In this document: positions 37,403 to 50,389 of the stretch, in pieces | How the letters are laid out: every line of letters starts with the position of its first letter | Numbering within the stretch: the stretch's first letter is position 1 | Assembly (NCBI GenBank): GCA_047967505.1 | Contig: CM106538.1 | DNA: 64,000 nt | Direction: 5' to 3' (one strand) | Source of the DNA: Dipteris shenzhenensis | Taxonomy: Eukaryota | The notes under the pieces: model-generated | Seen by the model: the letters and a program-made list of their open reading frames with translations, nothing else | What the model was told of the DNA's origin: nothing | Databases searched by the model: none | Made by a program: the position numbers and the translations under genes

Positions 37403-40400
37403 TGTTGAGATATAAAGCTCCACTCGCGATATGCCAGGGTGACCGTTGTGCATTTATGTCACCGACTTGTTAGCTGGAGATGCGGTTGGTACACTGCCCA
37501 CGAATAATAGTTGGATGACAGCTATCCTTATCTACTCTAGTTTGTGGCTCAGTTAGTATGCCACCTTAGTTATTTGAGTTTGGTTTGAGACCCACATATA
37601 GGGTTCTTCTATTTCTTTGTACTTGAGTTCTTTTGGCTTTCACAACTAAGAAGAGGAAAATTGTTTTCAGCCTCCACCTTTGTGTGTATTCCCCCATTGT
37701 GTATGTGAGAAAGCTGCAAGTGAGACTCCTTCCCTCTCTCCCACTATCTTCACATGATATCAGAGCCTTATTCGTGGTAAGGAGCTCAAGAAAGCAAACC
37801 AAGTTCGTGGTGTCCTGGTAAGAGGACCAGTGTTGCTTTCCTATTTCGAGGTTGGGAGCAAATCTCTGCAGGTAGCACAGCCAGAAGTGCAAGAGTGGAC
37901 TGTCTCAGATTGAGACGCCCTTCGCGGTCTGGCGAGAGCACAATATATGCTGCGGGAAAGGGCAAAGCCCTTAGTGACTTTATTTTTCTGATTCAAGGCC
38001 ATTTCGGGGCCCGTTTTGAAGGCGGAAGTTCTTCGCAGGCACTCAAAAAAAGGCCTTGTTTTTGCTTTGCGACCACTGCTCGGCTAGTCGGTGAAAAGTT
38101 GCCACAGAAATTGCGTCGTATGCCTGTGTGCAGAGATATTGGGAGTCGCAGAATCAGGCTTGTTGCCTGTTGATGCAAAATCGTCACTAGGAAGTGACCG
38201 TGTGGTCAAATACCACTTTCGTCAGTTTTGCAGATCTGCCCGTGTGAGGCAAAAGCTGTGTTTTTTGTAGTGACAATATTTTGCAGTGTTCTGTAATGGC
38301 ATCTGATTCTCTTTCACAGATTATCACTGAAAAGCTTGACAAGAATAACTTCCAGGCATGGAAGTTTAGAATGACAAATTTCCTTATGGGAAAAGGCTAT
38401 TGGGAGTTCATTACAGGAAATGAAGAAGAACCAGTTCTTCCTAATGTTCCCAATCAATAGGAAATGCAGGCATTTAAAGGATGGCATGAGAGAGCTAGAA
38501 AAGCTATGTACTGGCTGTCTATCAGTATTTCGGACTCTATGATTGTGCATATTCAGGATGCAAGTACGCCAAAGGAGGCATGGGATACTTTGGCAAAAAT
38601 GTACAGCACAAATACGCAAGCCAGGAAAATGCAGCTCAAACAGGAGTTGCACAATGTGCAGAGAGAAAATTTGAGCATAAATGACTACCACATGAAGGTG
38701 AAGAAAATTGCAGATGCACTTGCTTCCATTGGGTCGCCAGTGGAAGATGATGATCTAGTTTCTGTGACCTTGAATGGTCTAGGAAAGGATTATGCACAGT
38801 TCCGGACATCCATTACCGTCCGTGAAAAATTTCCTGATTTTGAAGAGTTGTTTGCTCTTCTAATTTCTGAAGGGCAGAGAAATGGGGGTGCATCTTCTTC
38901 AGGAGGAACTTCAAAAAAAACTGTCTTCTACTCAAATGCTGGAAGAGGTAGAGGCAGAGGTAGAGGAGGCCGATCTGCAGGCCATGGTAGAAATCAGAAT
39001 ATGCAGCAAACTCAAGAAAACCAGTCTTATGCAGGAGGACGTGGTAACTCTAGAGGCAGGGGGAGCCAAAGAGGCTGTGGTGGATGGCAGAGAGGCCAAA
39101 ATGCAAACAGCAATGTTGAATGCTACCACTGTGGTAAAATGGGTCATATGGCTAAGGACTGCTACAAAAAGCAGAATGACATTATGAATGGAAAATTGCA
39201 GCAAGGCAATTATGCATCTTCCAGTAGACAGGGTGATGACAGAAATGAGCATCTATTTATGGTGCAGCATATAACCAATTCTGTGACAAGTGCAGAAGAA
39301 CGAAATGATGTGTCGTATGTTGACTCAGGTGCTTCAAACCACATGACAGGTCATGTAGAATGGATGCAGGATACAAGGAAAATGGAAAAACCAGGATTTG
39401 TGGAGACTGGTGATGATACTGCACATCCTATTGTGCAGATTGGTAAAATTCCTTTGTCTATGTAGGATGGGAAAAAGAAATACCTGTCTGATGCATTTCA
39501 TGTCCCGAACATCACCAAGAACCTGGTTTCTGTTGGTCAAATGGTTGAACAGGGCTTGCAGGTCAGATTTAATCCTCATGGATGCTTTGTTGAGGATATG
39601 AAAAATAACGGTTGCTTGATAGCAAAAGGAAAGAAGAAAGGCAGGATGTTTACGTTGGATGCGGACATGTCTGAATTGAGTGCAACAATGTTTGCACATG
39701 GGACTGGTGTAGTTGCAAATATTGATATCTGGCATAAACGCATTGGTCATGTTAATATACAGTGACTTAAATCAATGCAAGCCCAAAATATTGTTGCAGG
39801 ATTGCCTAAATTCAAGGTTGCAGAAATGCATAAGGTTTGTGAAGCCTGTCAATTTGGAAAACAGGCAAGGAATCCATTTCCTAGGCATGTTCAAGAGAGT
39901 AAAAAACCATTGGAATTAATCCACTCTGATGTGTGGACTACTAAAGCTGCATCTATTGGAGGCTGTCACTATTTTGTCACATTTATTGATGACTTCAGCA
40001 GAAAACTTTGGGTGTATTTTATGAAAAAGAAAAGTGAAGTGTTTGGGCACTTCAAAGCTTTTAAAGCTATGGTTGAAAAAGAAACAGGCCTGCAAATAAA
40101 ATGCCTAAGGTCAGATGGAGGGGGAGAGTACCTCTCAAATGAGTTTGCAAGGTTCCTACAGGAGCATGGCATAAAGCAGCAATATTCATGCAGTCATACC
40201 CCACAGCAAAATGGACTTGCAGAAAGGAAAAACAGGCATATTGGAGAGGTATCTCGGGCCATGCTAAATGAGAAAGATCTACCAGATTATTATTGGGTTG
40301 AAGCAGTTGCTACAGCAGTTTACATAATGAACAGGACTCCCACTGCAGCAATACATGGCATGATGCCAGAGGAGATGTATACTGGTAGGAAACCAGACAT

Positions 40401-42473
40401 TTCTCATTTGAAATTTTTTGGTTGCATTGCCTATGTTCATGTGCCAGATGAGTTGAGGTCCAAGTTGGATCCAAAAGCTGAGAAGTGCGTCTTTATTGGT
40501 TATTCTCTGCAGCAGAAAGGGTAAAGATGCTATAACCCTTCCACTCGTAAGTTTACAGTGAGCAGAGATGTTGTTTTTGATGAGATGAGCAGCTGGTATA
40601 AACCAGTAAATGTGATGATTGATGTAGATGCACAAAATGGTAATGCTGCACAGAATTCACAACAGTAATCACAAAATATCAGTGGACCTACAGTGTCCTC
40701 CAACAGTGGTTCACATACTTCACCATGGACAGGCAGATTGAGATCAGGAGAATCTCCTCAAAGCAATGCAGATAGTGGTACGCAAGTATCACGAAAAGGA
40801 AAAGAGAAGGTAGATCAGCTCATGTTTGATGTGAATGCAGGTCACTCTTATGTGGATGGTGAATCCAGTGGCTCATAACAGAGCATTGATGATGAGTTGG
40901 GTATTCCTTCTGTTGTTACACCTGGAGTAAGTAAGACCAGGGATGTTTTGAGAGCACCTGGAAGTGAGCCTATCTTGTGCAGGTCTACCAGGGTTAGGTA
41001 TCCTGTGGATAGGCTGAAATATGATGGATTTACAGCCATTCACTATGCCTATATGGTCAAAGTGATACAGGAACCAGAACCCACTTCTTTTGAGCAAGCC
41101 ATGGGAAATGAAAAATGGGAGAAAGCCATGGATGAAGAAATGGATGTTTTGGAAGCAAATGCTACATGGGAATTGGTGCCTTTGCCTAAAGACAAGAATG
41201 CAATTGGCTGTAAGTGGGTTTATAAGATCAAGCACAATGCAGATGGTTCTGTGAATAGATACAAGGCAAGATTAGTTGTCAAGGGGTATGCACAGACATA
41301 TGGCATTGATTATGAAGAGCAGCCATTGGTATTATGCTGCTTGTCATTTATGTTAATGATTTGATCATCACAGGTGATAGTGATGAAGATATCCTTCATG
41401 TGAAAATGCTATTGAGGCAGAAGTTTGAGATGAAGGATTTGGGAGAGCTGCGTTATTTCTTGGGCATTGAGGTGATTAGATCACCAAGTGGGATACAGCT
41501 CTTGCAGAGGTAGTATGGACTGGACATGCTGTCCAAATATGGAATGACAGGCTGTAAGCCTATTTCAGTTCCTTTGGAGCATAATGTGAAGCTGAACGCA
41601 GATACAGGTGAGCTTCTGGAAGACCCTACTATGTACAGACGCATAGTAGGAAGTTTGATTTACATGACTATTACCAGGCTAGATTTGAGCTATGCTGTTG
41701 GGTTGGTAAGTCAGTTTATGCAGGCTCCAAGGAAACCGCATTTGGATGCGGCTAGACGCATACTCAGGTATGTGAAGTCCACATTGCAAATTGGACTATT
41801 TTATGAGGCTGGGGTTCAGATACAGTTGCATGGATACACTGATATGCATCAGTCTACAGATGGGCCAGTTGTCATTTATTGTGACAACATGAGCAGTATA
41901 CACTTGGCAAATAATCCAGTCTTTCATGCTAGAACAAAGCACATTGAGGTGCATTATTACTATGTGCGGGAGAAGGTTTTACTAGCTCTTATTGATCTAG
42001 CTTATGTCAGCACAGAGGATCAGGTAGCTGACATATTCACGAAGGCATTGGGTGCAGAGAAGCTGCGCAAGTTCAGAGACTTGCTTGGTGTGCAAGAATT
42101 GGGATTGAGCTCCAGGGAGAGTGTTGAGATATCGAGCTCCACTCGCAATATGCCAGGGTGACCGTTGTGCATTTATGTCACCGACTTGTTAGCTGGAGAT
42201 GCGGTTGGTACACCTCCCATGAATAATAGCTGGATGACAGCTATCCTTATCTACTCTAGTTTGTGGCTCAGTTAGTATGCCACCTTAGTTAGTTGAGTTT
42301 GGTTTGAGACCCACATATAGGGTTCTTCTATTTCTTTGTACTTGAGTTCTTTTGGCTTTCACAACTAAGAAGAGGAAAACTATTTTCAGCCTCCACCTTT
42401 GTGTGTATTCCCCCATTGTGTATGTGAGAAAGCTGCAAGTGAGACTCCTTCCCTCTCTCCCACTATCTTCACA
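37403..42473 (+). mobile_element. Ty1/Copia copy 2 (same family as copy 1) with both LTRs and TSD
   Basis: LTRs 37403-37754 and 42122-42473 (352 bp); 5-bp TSD AAATG at 37398-37402 and 42474-42478; mutated PBS TGATATCAGAGC; stops and three internal deletions in RT/RH. Confidence 0.97.
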
Positions 42474-43152
42474 AAATGTGGATGATGGTGTTCCTCCCAG
42501 CACCTCCCTCCTCACCACCATAAGATGTACAATGGTGGCCTAACCTCCAATCCTTCTAGGACTTCCATGACCGCTCGCATGCATCATTGGAAGGCACAAG
42601 TCATAGAGTGCACCCCTCGAGCAGTGGATCCATTACAATCTTGGTCTCACTTTTGAGAGCTCCAATAGAAGATCCCAATATCATATACTACTTCCCTAAG
42701 TACAATGTCCCCAAGGAAATGACTCAGGAAGGATTTTTCCTTCGCCTTCAATCATTCAATGATACCTATAGCTCAGTAACCAACCCCATGGTGGTAGCAG
42801 TGGTGCACTTCAACCGCCTTAGCTTCTTGTTGCTCTGAGATCTCCCCGCCCATAGCCATTCAATTAACAAGACAAACTTGACAATCTCAACAACTAGATT
42901 GTCTTCAACCTCAACATTGACCCCTCACAATTCCAAGACTTATGCCTGTACCTTCGGGTCTGAAATCTTCATGGCCATCACATTTGCATGTTCAAGGACA
43001 TGCATGCCACCCACTTCCGGAAGCACCGGCCTTATTTCACACGGATCAGCCCATGACAATTGGACCACTATGCAGTACTCTAGACGGTCCTCTCCACTCA
43101 CTTATAGTGGCACGGGTGATCCAAGGATGGCTCAGCAAATGAAAAGGGGGGC

Positions 43153-43696
43153 ATATTAATAGCCATTGAGCATGCTAACAGATCTGGCTTGTCCAACCCC
43201 TATGGGTTTTGAGCCACAAATGGCTCAATTCAAGGTAGTCATTGGGATTGCCACAATTGGCAAGGATAACACAAGAGCCATTTGGATCACATGTATGGAT
43301 AACACAAGAGCCATTTGAAGACAAAGAGAAGGTTGAGAGAATCAGCATATGACTTGGCTCCATATGGGCCCAAGTAAGTGTAATAAAAGAGAGAGAGTGA
43401 TACAAGGAATAGGGTTGGCCCTCCCTTCAAAAAATGACATGAAATGCCAAATGGTTGATTTTGGTCTTCATTGTTGTATGCAACCTTTGAGAAATACAGG
43501 CTCTCTTCTTGCTATGTGTTGATATTGAGGTTTGCTTGCTTTCCTTGTTTGCCTTTGGTGTTTGTCACGGTCCTCCTTCACCTTCTTCTCCTTCTCCATC
43601 CCTTTCCCTTCTTCCCCCCCCTCCCCTCTCTCTTTTTTACCCCCTTCTTCTTGGTGGAAACCCCATTGCAATGATCCAATAGACACTCGAGTGACA
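43153..43696 (+). repeat. Putative 3' LTR of the Gypsy element
   Basis: Follows the PPT-like tract, non-coding, with an internal short duplication (ggataacacaagagccattt x2); no matching 5' LTR seen. Confidence 0.35.
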
Positions 43697-44215
43697 CAAT
43701 TGAAGGATTTACTACACAATGCTCCCACAAGGAGTAGCGTGGGAGTGAGGAGCTCAGTCGGCACACTTCTAGCATCCCCACGACACATGTTTTTGCCAAA
43801 CAACACAGTTCTCAATTGTGAGCAAGGCATGTTTAGGCATTGTAGTCAACATGTGCCATGGAGTATTAGATGTCTCAGAAGTAGACATAATGTTGTCAAA
43901 TATGGTACTTAGCAGTTGTTGATATGTTAGACTTGGGAAGAACTCTAGAAGACACGAGAGAGCATTTATATTCATCGAATTCTGAAGGATAAATTTTGGA
44001 TTTTATGCTAATTGTTTTTTTTGAAGAAGTTGTTGTATGTCCATGGTGTCTTGTTCTCAAAATGTAAGGAATGAATTCTTTACAAGTTTCAAATGTTTGC
44101 TAGCACAAATAAAGCAACTAGTCGAGCAATGAAAGTAGCAAAGAGACATGTTATAAAGATAGGAGAATACATTATGCATTTGACTCAAATGCAATGACAA
44201 ACCCAAAGCTATTAA

Positions 44216-44840
44216 CTATAAAACTTCCACTAGGTTTGCAAGTCTTAAGTTTCTACGTGCCATCATGAGGTCTTCTTCATAGAGTTGGAGGAAAGGGGTG
44301 CCTAAACAAAATACAATGTCAATGTATGGGCCTCTAATGTGAATCGAGACTTGTTTGCCTCCACGTTGGACAATGTCTCCAGTCAAGCAAGGAACCTGGA
44401 TAATTCTTTGAGGGCCTTTGCATGAGAAGCAGTAAGGACAAAGGGGATCTCGGTGGCTAACACAAACACCTCCACAAGCCTCACATATATGCTCAAGCAA
44501 ATTTTCATTAACGTTGGTGAAGTGCACAATTCCAAAGACCTACAATTTCAAACAATTTATATGTCAATGTATGCTCTAGACAAAAGAAAGACACATTCCA
44601 AGTAGAGGTAGCTACCTTAGTTCCATAGCCTAGATGATTGTTTATTTTTTGCAAGCTTTTCTTGGGGGACTAGACTTTTTTGGTCATTTTTAGAACATTA
44701 TATAACACAACTTTTGGGGGACTTCACATGATATAAGAGTCACATATCTTGAGCAAACATTATAACACAACCCTTGATCCGTGATCATTAAATTGAGAAG
44801 TAACGTAAGTTGGCAAGGTTCTAGGACATGGATTTAGAGG
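44216..44840 (-). pseudogene. OB-fold / zinc-ribbon gene remnant resembling the RPA1 C-terminal domain
   Basis: Exon after an acceptor near 44541 reads GIVHFTNVNENLLEHICEACGG...CPYCF (CxxC...CxxC ribbon embedded in beta-rich sequence). Confidence 0.45.
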
Positions 44841-45341
44841 AGTGTAAAAGCTCAAGAAAAGAGGGTAAGGGTTTCAAATGGTAGATTCTTGTGTGGTTCA
44901 ATGTTCAAAGTATTCTAAACATGCATTAATCTTTGAAGCAATGTAGTTACTAAAAGAATTTGACTAATTGGAAGCTTGCACATCTTCAAAGCAACGCAAT
45001 GATTGGAATGATACATTTTTAATATTATGAAGGTAATCATTTCAAAATTGCATTCTAAAAAAAACCTTCAAATGACTTTCATGTATCTGTAATCCTCAAA
45101 CCATGTCACAAGAAAATCATGAAGATACTATTTGGATCTCTTAAAACTGATGAAAGTCTTTATGCCAACAAGATGTCCTAGCCCCACCTAGCTGTTTAGG
45201 CTCTCTAAATCATTTCACAAGACAATTATGAACATATTCTTCAAGGTCTCTATGGACAAGAATCTAACCTTTATGCCAATAAGGCCTCCTAGTTCCAGGT
45301 AAAAGCTGCCAATTATAAGTGTTCAATAGAAAAGTTAAACT

Positions 45342-45667
45342 AAAACTGTTTAATTATATAGAATTTTAACAATCTAACAAAAGAAATGGCTTTTTCTTTA
45401 TATCACTTCGATCGTTTTGACTATATGACCATCTTTGGAGTAATATTATCCAAGTTATGGTGAAATAATACTAGCTGTCCAAGCCTCCCAAGCACTTGAG
45501 GGGCTGCGTCGTGCTTGAGGAGCTTGGACAGCAAGTCTTATATTGGCCATACCTTGGTCAATATGACTCCAAACATGTTCATGCTTGTAGTCAAAACGAT
45601 CGGTGTGACATGAAAGAGCCATTTCTTCTGTTATAGTATCAAATTTCTAAATATTTAAAAACATTTT
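45342..45667. repeat. About 325-bp foldback (long imperfect palindrome), MITE-like
   Basis: Paired arms gctgtccaagc..ccaagcac / gtgcttg..gcttggacagc, cgatcgttttgacta / tagtcaaaacgatcg and aagaaatggct / agccatttctt around a 15-nt loop at 45496-45510. Confidence 0.85.
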
Positions 45668-46189
45668 GTTAAAATTTATTTGTTTCATAAGAGCTTCAAC
45701 TTATCATGCTACAAAGGAACATAATGTTTTGCCAACTATCACTGTATATCAATAGTTTAAACATATATACTTAGTAGTTATTAATATTCAATAATTTTAA
45801 TAAGAGAATAATAAATGATAGTAGAAAGGCATCCTTCTTAGCTTCACATGAAGGGGAAAATTGTACTAAGCAAAGACAAAAAAAAGGAGCCCTAGAGCTT
45901 GGGCAAGGGCTATGCTAACAATCATTCCTTCATCATTTTGTGTTCGAAATGGATCAATCATATGGATAGCAAAAATTCAGTGAGCTACAGAAACTTGTTT
46001 CATGGGCAATTCGATAGAAGGAGCTTTGTGGGTCCCCCGATTTCATTTCATTTTTTTTTCACTACACAAAATTTTTACTGTAAGGCTCAAATAAAGATAG
46101 CAAGAAAACCTTAAGCTCACAAAGGTGTATGTTTTTAGTATTTCTTCTCGTGTCTTTTCCATTCACAACTTTAAAAAAGCTCACAAAAA

Positions 46190-47190
46190 AATATCCCCCT
46201 CATGAGACTTGGCTATAACAAAAGCTACTTTCAAGTCGTCCTTGATTGGGCCATCTGGAACCTCTGCCAAAATGGTAAAATCAAAGACACAAATTGTGCC
46301 TTTCGCCTTCAAGAACACGTTCGTCAAGATGTACACTACCACACCTTCTTTATTGAACTCTTGTACGAGCTAAGTGAGAGTGGATTTCTTTCATTCATGA
46401 ACGACAACTGCACCAAAGCAAATCACAAAGCAAAATAAGAAACAATGATTAACCATAGTATGCCAGAAGTAAACAAAGCAAGCAAGGAACAATCTAACGG
46501 AATGGACCACATGTGGCTCTATCTTCATCACGTGGACCATCTAGAACAATGATTAAATCTGCCATGCCCTAATGAATTGCAACTTTGATGATCACAATTG
46601 CAAGTGTTACCATCATACTATATTGACAATTTTCCAAAGTTGATCATCTCAGAAGCCGAAGGAACATATGTGGATAATGAATGAGTAGGCAGTAGCCAAA
46701 GATTTTCCTTGAGAGGTTCCCCCTCTAATCATGCATGTAGTAGCATCAATGAGTAGAGAGAATTTAGAAGTTCCACCTTTAGATGTCCCTCTTGGCATGA
46801 CACTTGCCCCCTTTACTCTATAGAACTCTCCAATTTGCAAGAAATTAACAAATTGGTGAATGTAAATAGAAGGTATCAGCAATGTCACTATGTGAGGACA
46901 AAACCTATCGGTAAAGTCTCCTTTCAAGAATGTGGGGTATTTTGGATTTACGACTCTGTAGTACCATATTTGCAAAGTAATTTTCCTTCAAAAACAAATC
47001 TATGAGGTGCACAATCGGATAGCTGAGTTATGCTTAGCGAGACCAATGAATTACCCCCTCCTACAAAGTTCTCTTTGGATAGGATAATTGCTTTTGCAAT
47101 GGGTCTGAAATTATGGGGTGATGGTTGCAAGTTATTAGCATCATTAGGTCCATTGTAAGAATTAACTTCATCATTTTCTTCCTTGGACAT
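46190..47190 (-). pseudogene. RPA1 (RPA70)-like tandem OB-fold ssDNA-binding protein pseudogene
   Basis: SITQLS...FVFEGKL / IW...LLIPSIYIHQFVNFLQIGEFYRVKGASV...FSLLIDATT matches RPA1 DBD-A spacing; continues VTLAIVIIKV...LIIVLDG, then an intron and VVVYILTNVFLK...AEVPDGP (DBD-B-like); frameshifts. Confidence 0.6.
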
Positions 47191-47507
47191 AAGTTTCTTG
47201 CTTGCTGCAAATACAAATATGAGAACATATAAGGTTGTAGAGTAGGAAAATGAAGAATTTTGTACGAAGAATTATACTTGTAATTCTCCTACTTTATGTT
47301 TCACAATATATTTCTTTGTACCATCAAAATAAATATGTAAGAGCATCATGTTTAATCATTGTTCAAAGCACATGTACATTGGATTTTATTGAAATTAAGA
47401 TACATTGAGAAGAAGACAAACACGAACTTCACTTCTTCTTAAATGTTCAATAACGGTACATTATCTTCAAATGATACAAGAAGAAGATTCTATGGGAATG
47501 CATCAAG

Positions 47508-48828
47508 ACAACATTAATAGTTTATATTGTGGTTTTGGCAGAAACCACAATATAAACAACAAGTTAACAACAACTCCATATTCAATCGTAGACTTAGTCG
47601 GAGTCAATATTAATAACATCGGTCATGTCACTCTTAGGTGGGGATGGCTTCTCCTCCAACTGTCTCACATGCTTACACTTACTTGCATGTTGCACATGAG
47701 AAGTAATTGTGGACCTAAAATTAACATACTATGGATTTTTGTGTATGAGCTTCTTCATTGAATACCAAAGGAAAGAGGGCGACATATTATAAAATAGCAC
47801 TTACCAAAAACATAGAACAAGACAAAGTTATTTCTTTACCTTGAGCGTAAGCTTCCTGCGCCATGTCATGGAAAGAGTCCTTCAATGAACGACGTGAAGT
47901 CTTTGAGTTCTTGAGCAAATTTGCCTTAGGATGTTTGCTGCAAAAGCATTCACCAACATTAGGCACTTTATAATCAACATCCTCCACCACAGAGGTATCG
48001 ATTTCCACATCTTCTTGGTCTTCCATTCTTAATCCCACTTCAGCTATAGAGGGTTGCTCCTTATGAAAATTTAGCTCTTCTTTAAAAGCAAGTACCAAGT
48101 TAAGCAATTGGTCAAGTGTTATGTGGATCTTTGAGTGCAATAATTCTCTGAAAAACTCCTCTTGCCCTCCTTTACTTTTAGGCTTCACTTTAGATTCTTG
48201 TACTTCATCCTTGATCATCAAAATCTACTCCCTTTAGTGCTTCATTTTCTTCTTCCTTACCTTCAGATTTCTCTTTACTACTTCGAACTATTTTTTGGTT
48301 CCTGTCCGATCCAATCCAGCTACCTATCAAATTCTCCTTCTTTATAGTTCACGAGATGAAATCATGGAGCGCAGCTCTGGCTAAATCCATGGCAAATAAT
48401 GATGACTAATGGACTAAGTAACTTTTGAGGGTGGGAGTTTCTATGGCTCTCTAAAAGTGAAAGTGAGAATGTAATGTAAAAATGGATCTTACCCCTTTAT
48501 ATATATCAAAACCCTAAAAAATAAAACTAATCATAAAATCCACAAATTTTTTGAAAAACATTTAACATGAACTCAAAGGAAAAAACATCAAAAGAAATAA
48601 CATGTCAATTTAATTGTCCACCATCTTTTGAAACAAGAACTAGAATTTTGCAAAAAATTAAATGCTGCACTAGTCAAACACATTGTTAACATTTTCAAAG
48701 TTCAAGGAGGAATAAAATTGGCACTATGCATGCATTTCATTAGGGTCTAGCAAAGGTTCCTTGGATCTAAGCTCTAATGTAAGAGGAGGGTTCTTAAGGG
48801 TTGGTGGAGGACCTTGAGATTGGAACTT
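47508..48828 (-). repeat. Copy B of the ~1.3-kb inverted duplication (contains gene X and the 3' end of the Ulp1-like gene)
   Basis: Reverse complement of 4781-6106. Confidence 0.95.
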
Positions 48829-50378
48829 AGGGCCTTTAGAACCAAGCCCTATGGTTAGAGGATGGTGATGCTCGATAGTGATGTCCTCCATGCCTCTTGA
48901 GCTTTGTCCCTCTGCTACTATATTAGAGCCTTTCGCTATAGCTTTTGGTTTTGCAATAGAGGAGGAAAAATCTAGAAGGTCCATGATCATCCTTGCTCTG
49001 AAGTAAAACACATAATCTTCATCATAGCTAGCTTCAATCATCTGCATAAATAACATTAGAAAATGTATCAAGTTAATGGTTAAGCTTAATGTTATCTATG
49101 AAATTTAAATAAATGAATGGAAAGTAATGATGGTACTTACTATTTTATCCTTTACAAAATATGACTCAATTAAAGATATTGAGCATTAAGAAGTACCCTC
49201 CACCCACAAGAGTGGGCATCGTATTGTGGTGGTGTCTATAAACCATGCACTAGATTGTTAGTTGGAAGCTATTTGGATTTATTATAAAATAGTCTCAAAA
49301 TAGTATTGATAGTAGAAAGAAGTTTGAGTTTTACCTCCATGTGCACTGGACTAATTTCCCAAACTGAGTTGTGTTATGTGGGCAAACATCAATTGCAATA
49401 GCTAGTCTCGTTAGAGCACTAAAAGTTACATTTATCGATGTTAATAGGTTTCTATAAAATAAATTATTGTTTATTTTCAAAGATCAACTACCTCTATAAG
49501 GCAATGTACGAGCACTCACAGATCTATCTCACGATGAGTTTGAGCAACCAAGTTGAAGCAAAAACATGCTTTAGTTGGTAGGTGGATGGAAGCCAAACTC
49601 CAATGTTTACTACAGATGACAATCCTTAAAGAGATTAGCCTTTGCGTATTAAAAAGAAGAATTAAACTCTTTCTGCAATGTAGCCCAATAATCACTTTCT
49701 CTAAATGGTATTGTATGATAATAAGGTAGACTTCATTAAAGTCGCAAAATGTGAACCACCATGCAACTTGGTCTATTGGATCCCTAGGGTTTCTTAGCTT
49801 GAATGAGATAGCGGGGTCAACAATATGTACAAGACTTTGGTTTGACTCATCTAATATTTTCTTCAACAAGCTATAAATGAATTGAGTAATTCAAAAATCT
49901 TTAAAAAAGACTCTGATGTATCAAGAGATATATATGAATATAAAATCTTACCTGAGTGCTGCAAGGATAATCATGTCGATAACCTCTCCTTCTCTAACTC
50001 TAAGCACCTTAATGCATCTTTTGTTAGGTTGAACTCTTGTATTGAATCTTGATCTTAAAAACTGATATGTACAGTTGGACCCAATACATTTAAACGTTCC
50101 AAAATCTTTAGTTCTAATTGTCTAGTCTCATCTTTATAAGAATAGGTAATAGGATCACTCTGCTCCTTCATTTTACTCTTTTGATATGCCTTAAAAGTAG
50201 ACTTTCCTCTTGTGTCTTTTGAGTGTGTCACTTCCCTTATCTTCAATTCCGTCACTTCCTCTATCTTCAAGGCATCTTCTCTTGGAGTACATGCAGGAGG
50301 TATCAACAAAATTTCCCTCATCTTGATGTCACTCATGTTTGTGGCCTTGAGTAGCTTGTCATACCTATATCTCACCAT
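48724..50378 (-). pseudogene. Ulp1-family (peptidase C48) SUMO protease-like pseudogene, multi-exon
   Basis: LTKDALRCLE...IDMII, VHIVDP...QVAWWF...LIII, catalytic His motif KHWSLASIHL, Gln/Cys motif TPPQYDAHSCGWRVLLNA (about 49180-49235), C-terminal YFRARMIMDLL; GT-AG introns; stops. Confidence 0.75.
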
Positions 50379-50387
50379 CTTTAAATT

Positions 50388-50389
<2 letters not shown>

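Larger units (their letters stand above)
29540..43150 (+). mobile_element. Highly decayed Ty3/Gypsy internal region, interrupted by Copia copy 2
   Basis: Protease near 30520 (DILNEGAGVS...ILGRPFL), partial RT 30830-31050, RNase H (NYTTKEREGLAMAYVVNKFRHYL), integrase (PFEKWGVDFIGPI, DYFTKWVE, GPY); PPT-like AAAAGGGGGG near 43142. Boundaries approximate. Confidence 0.85.
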
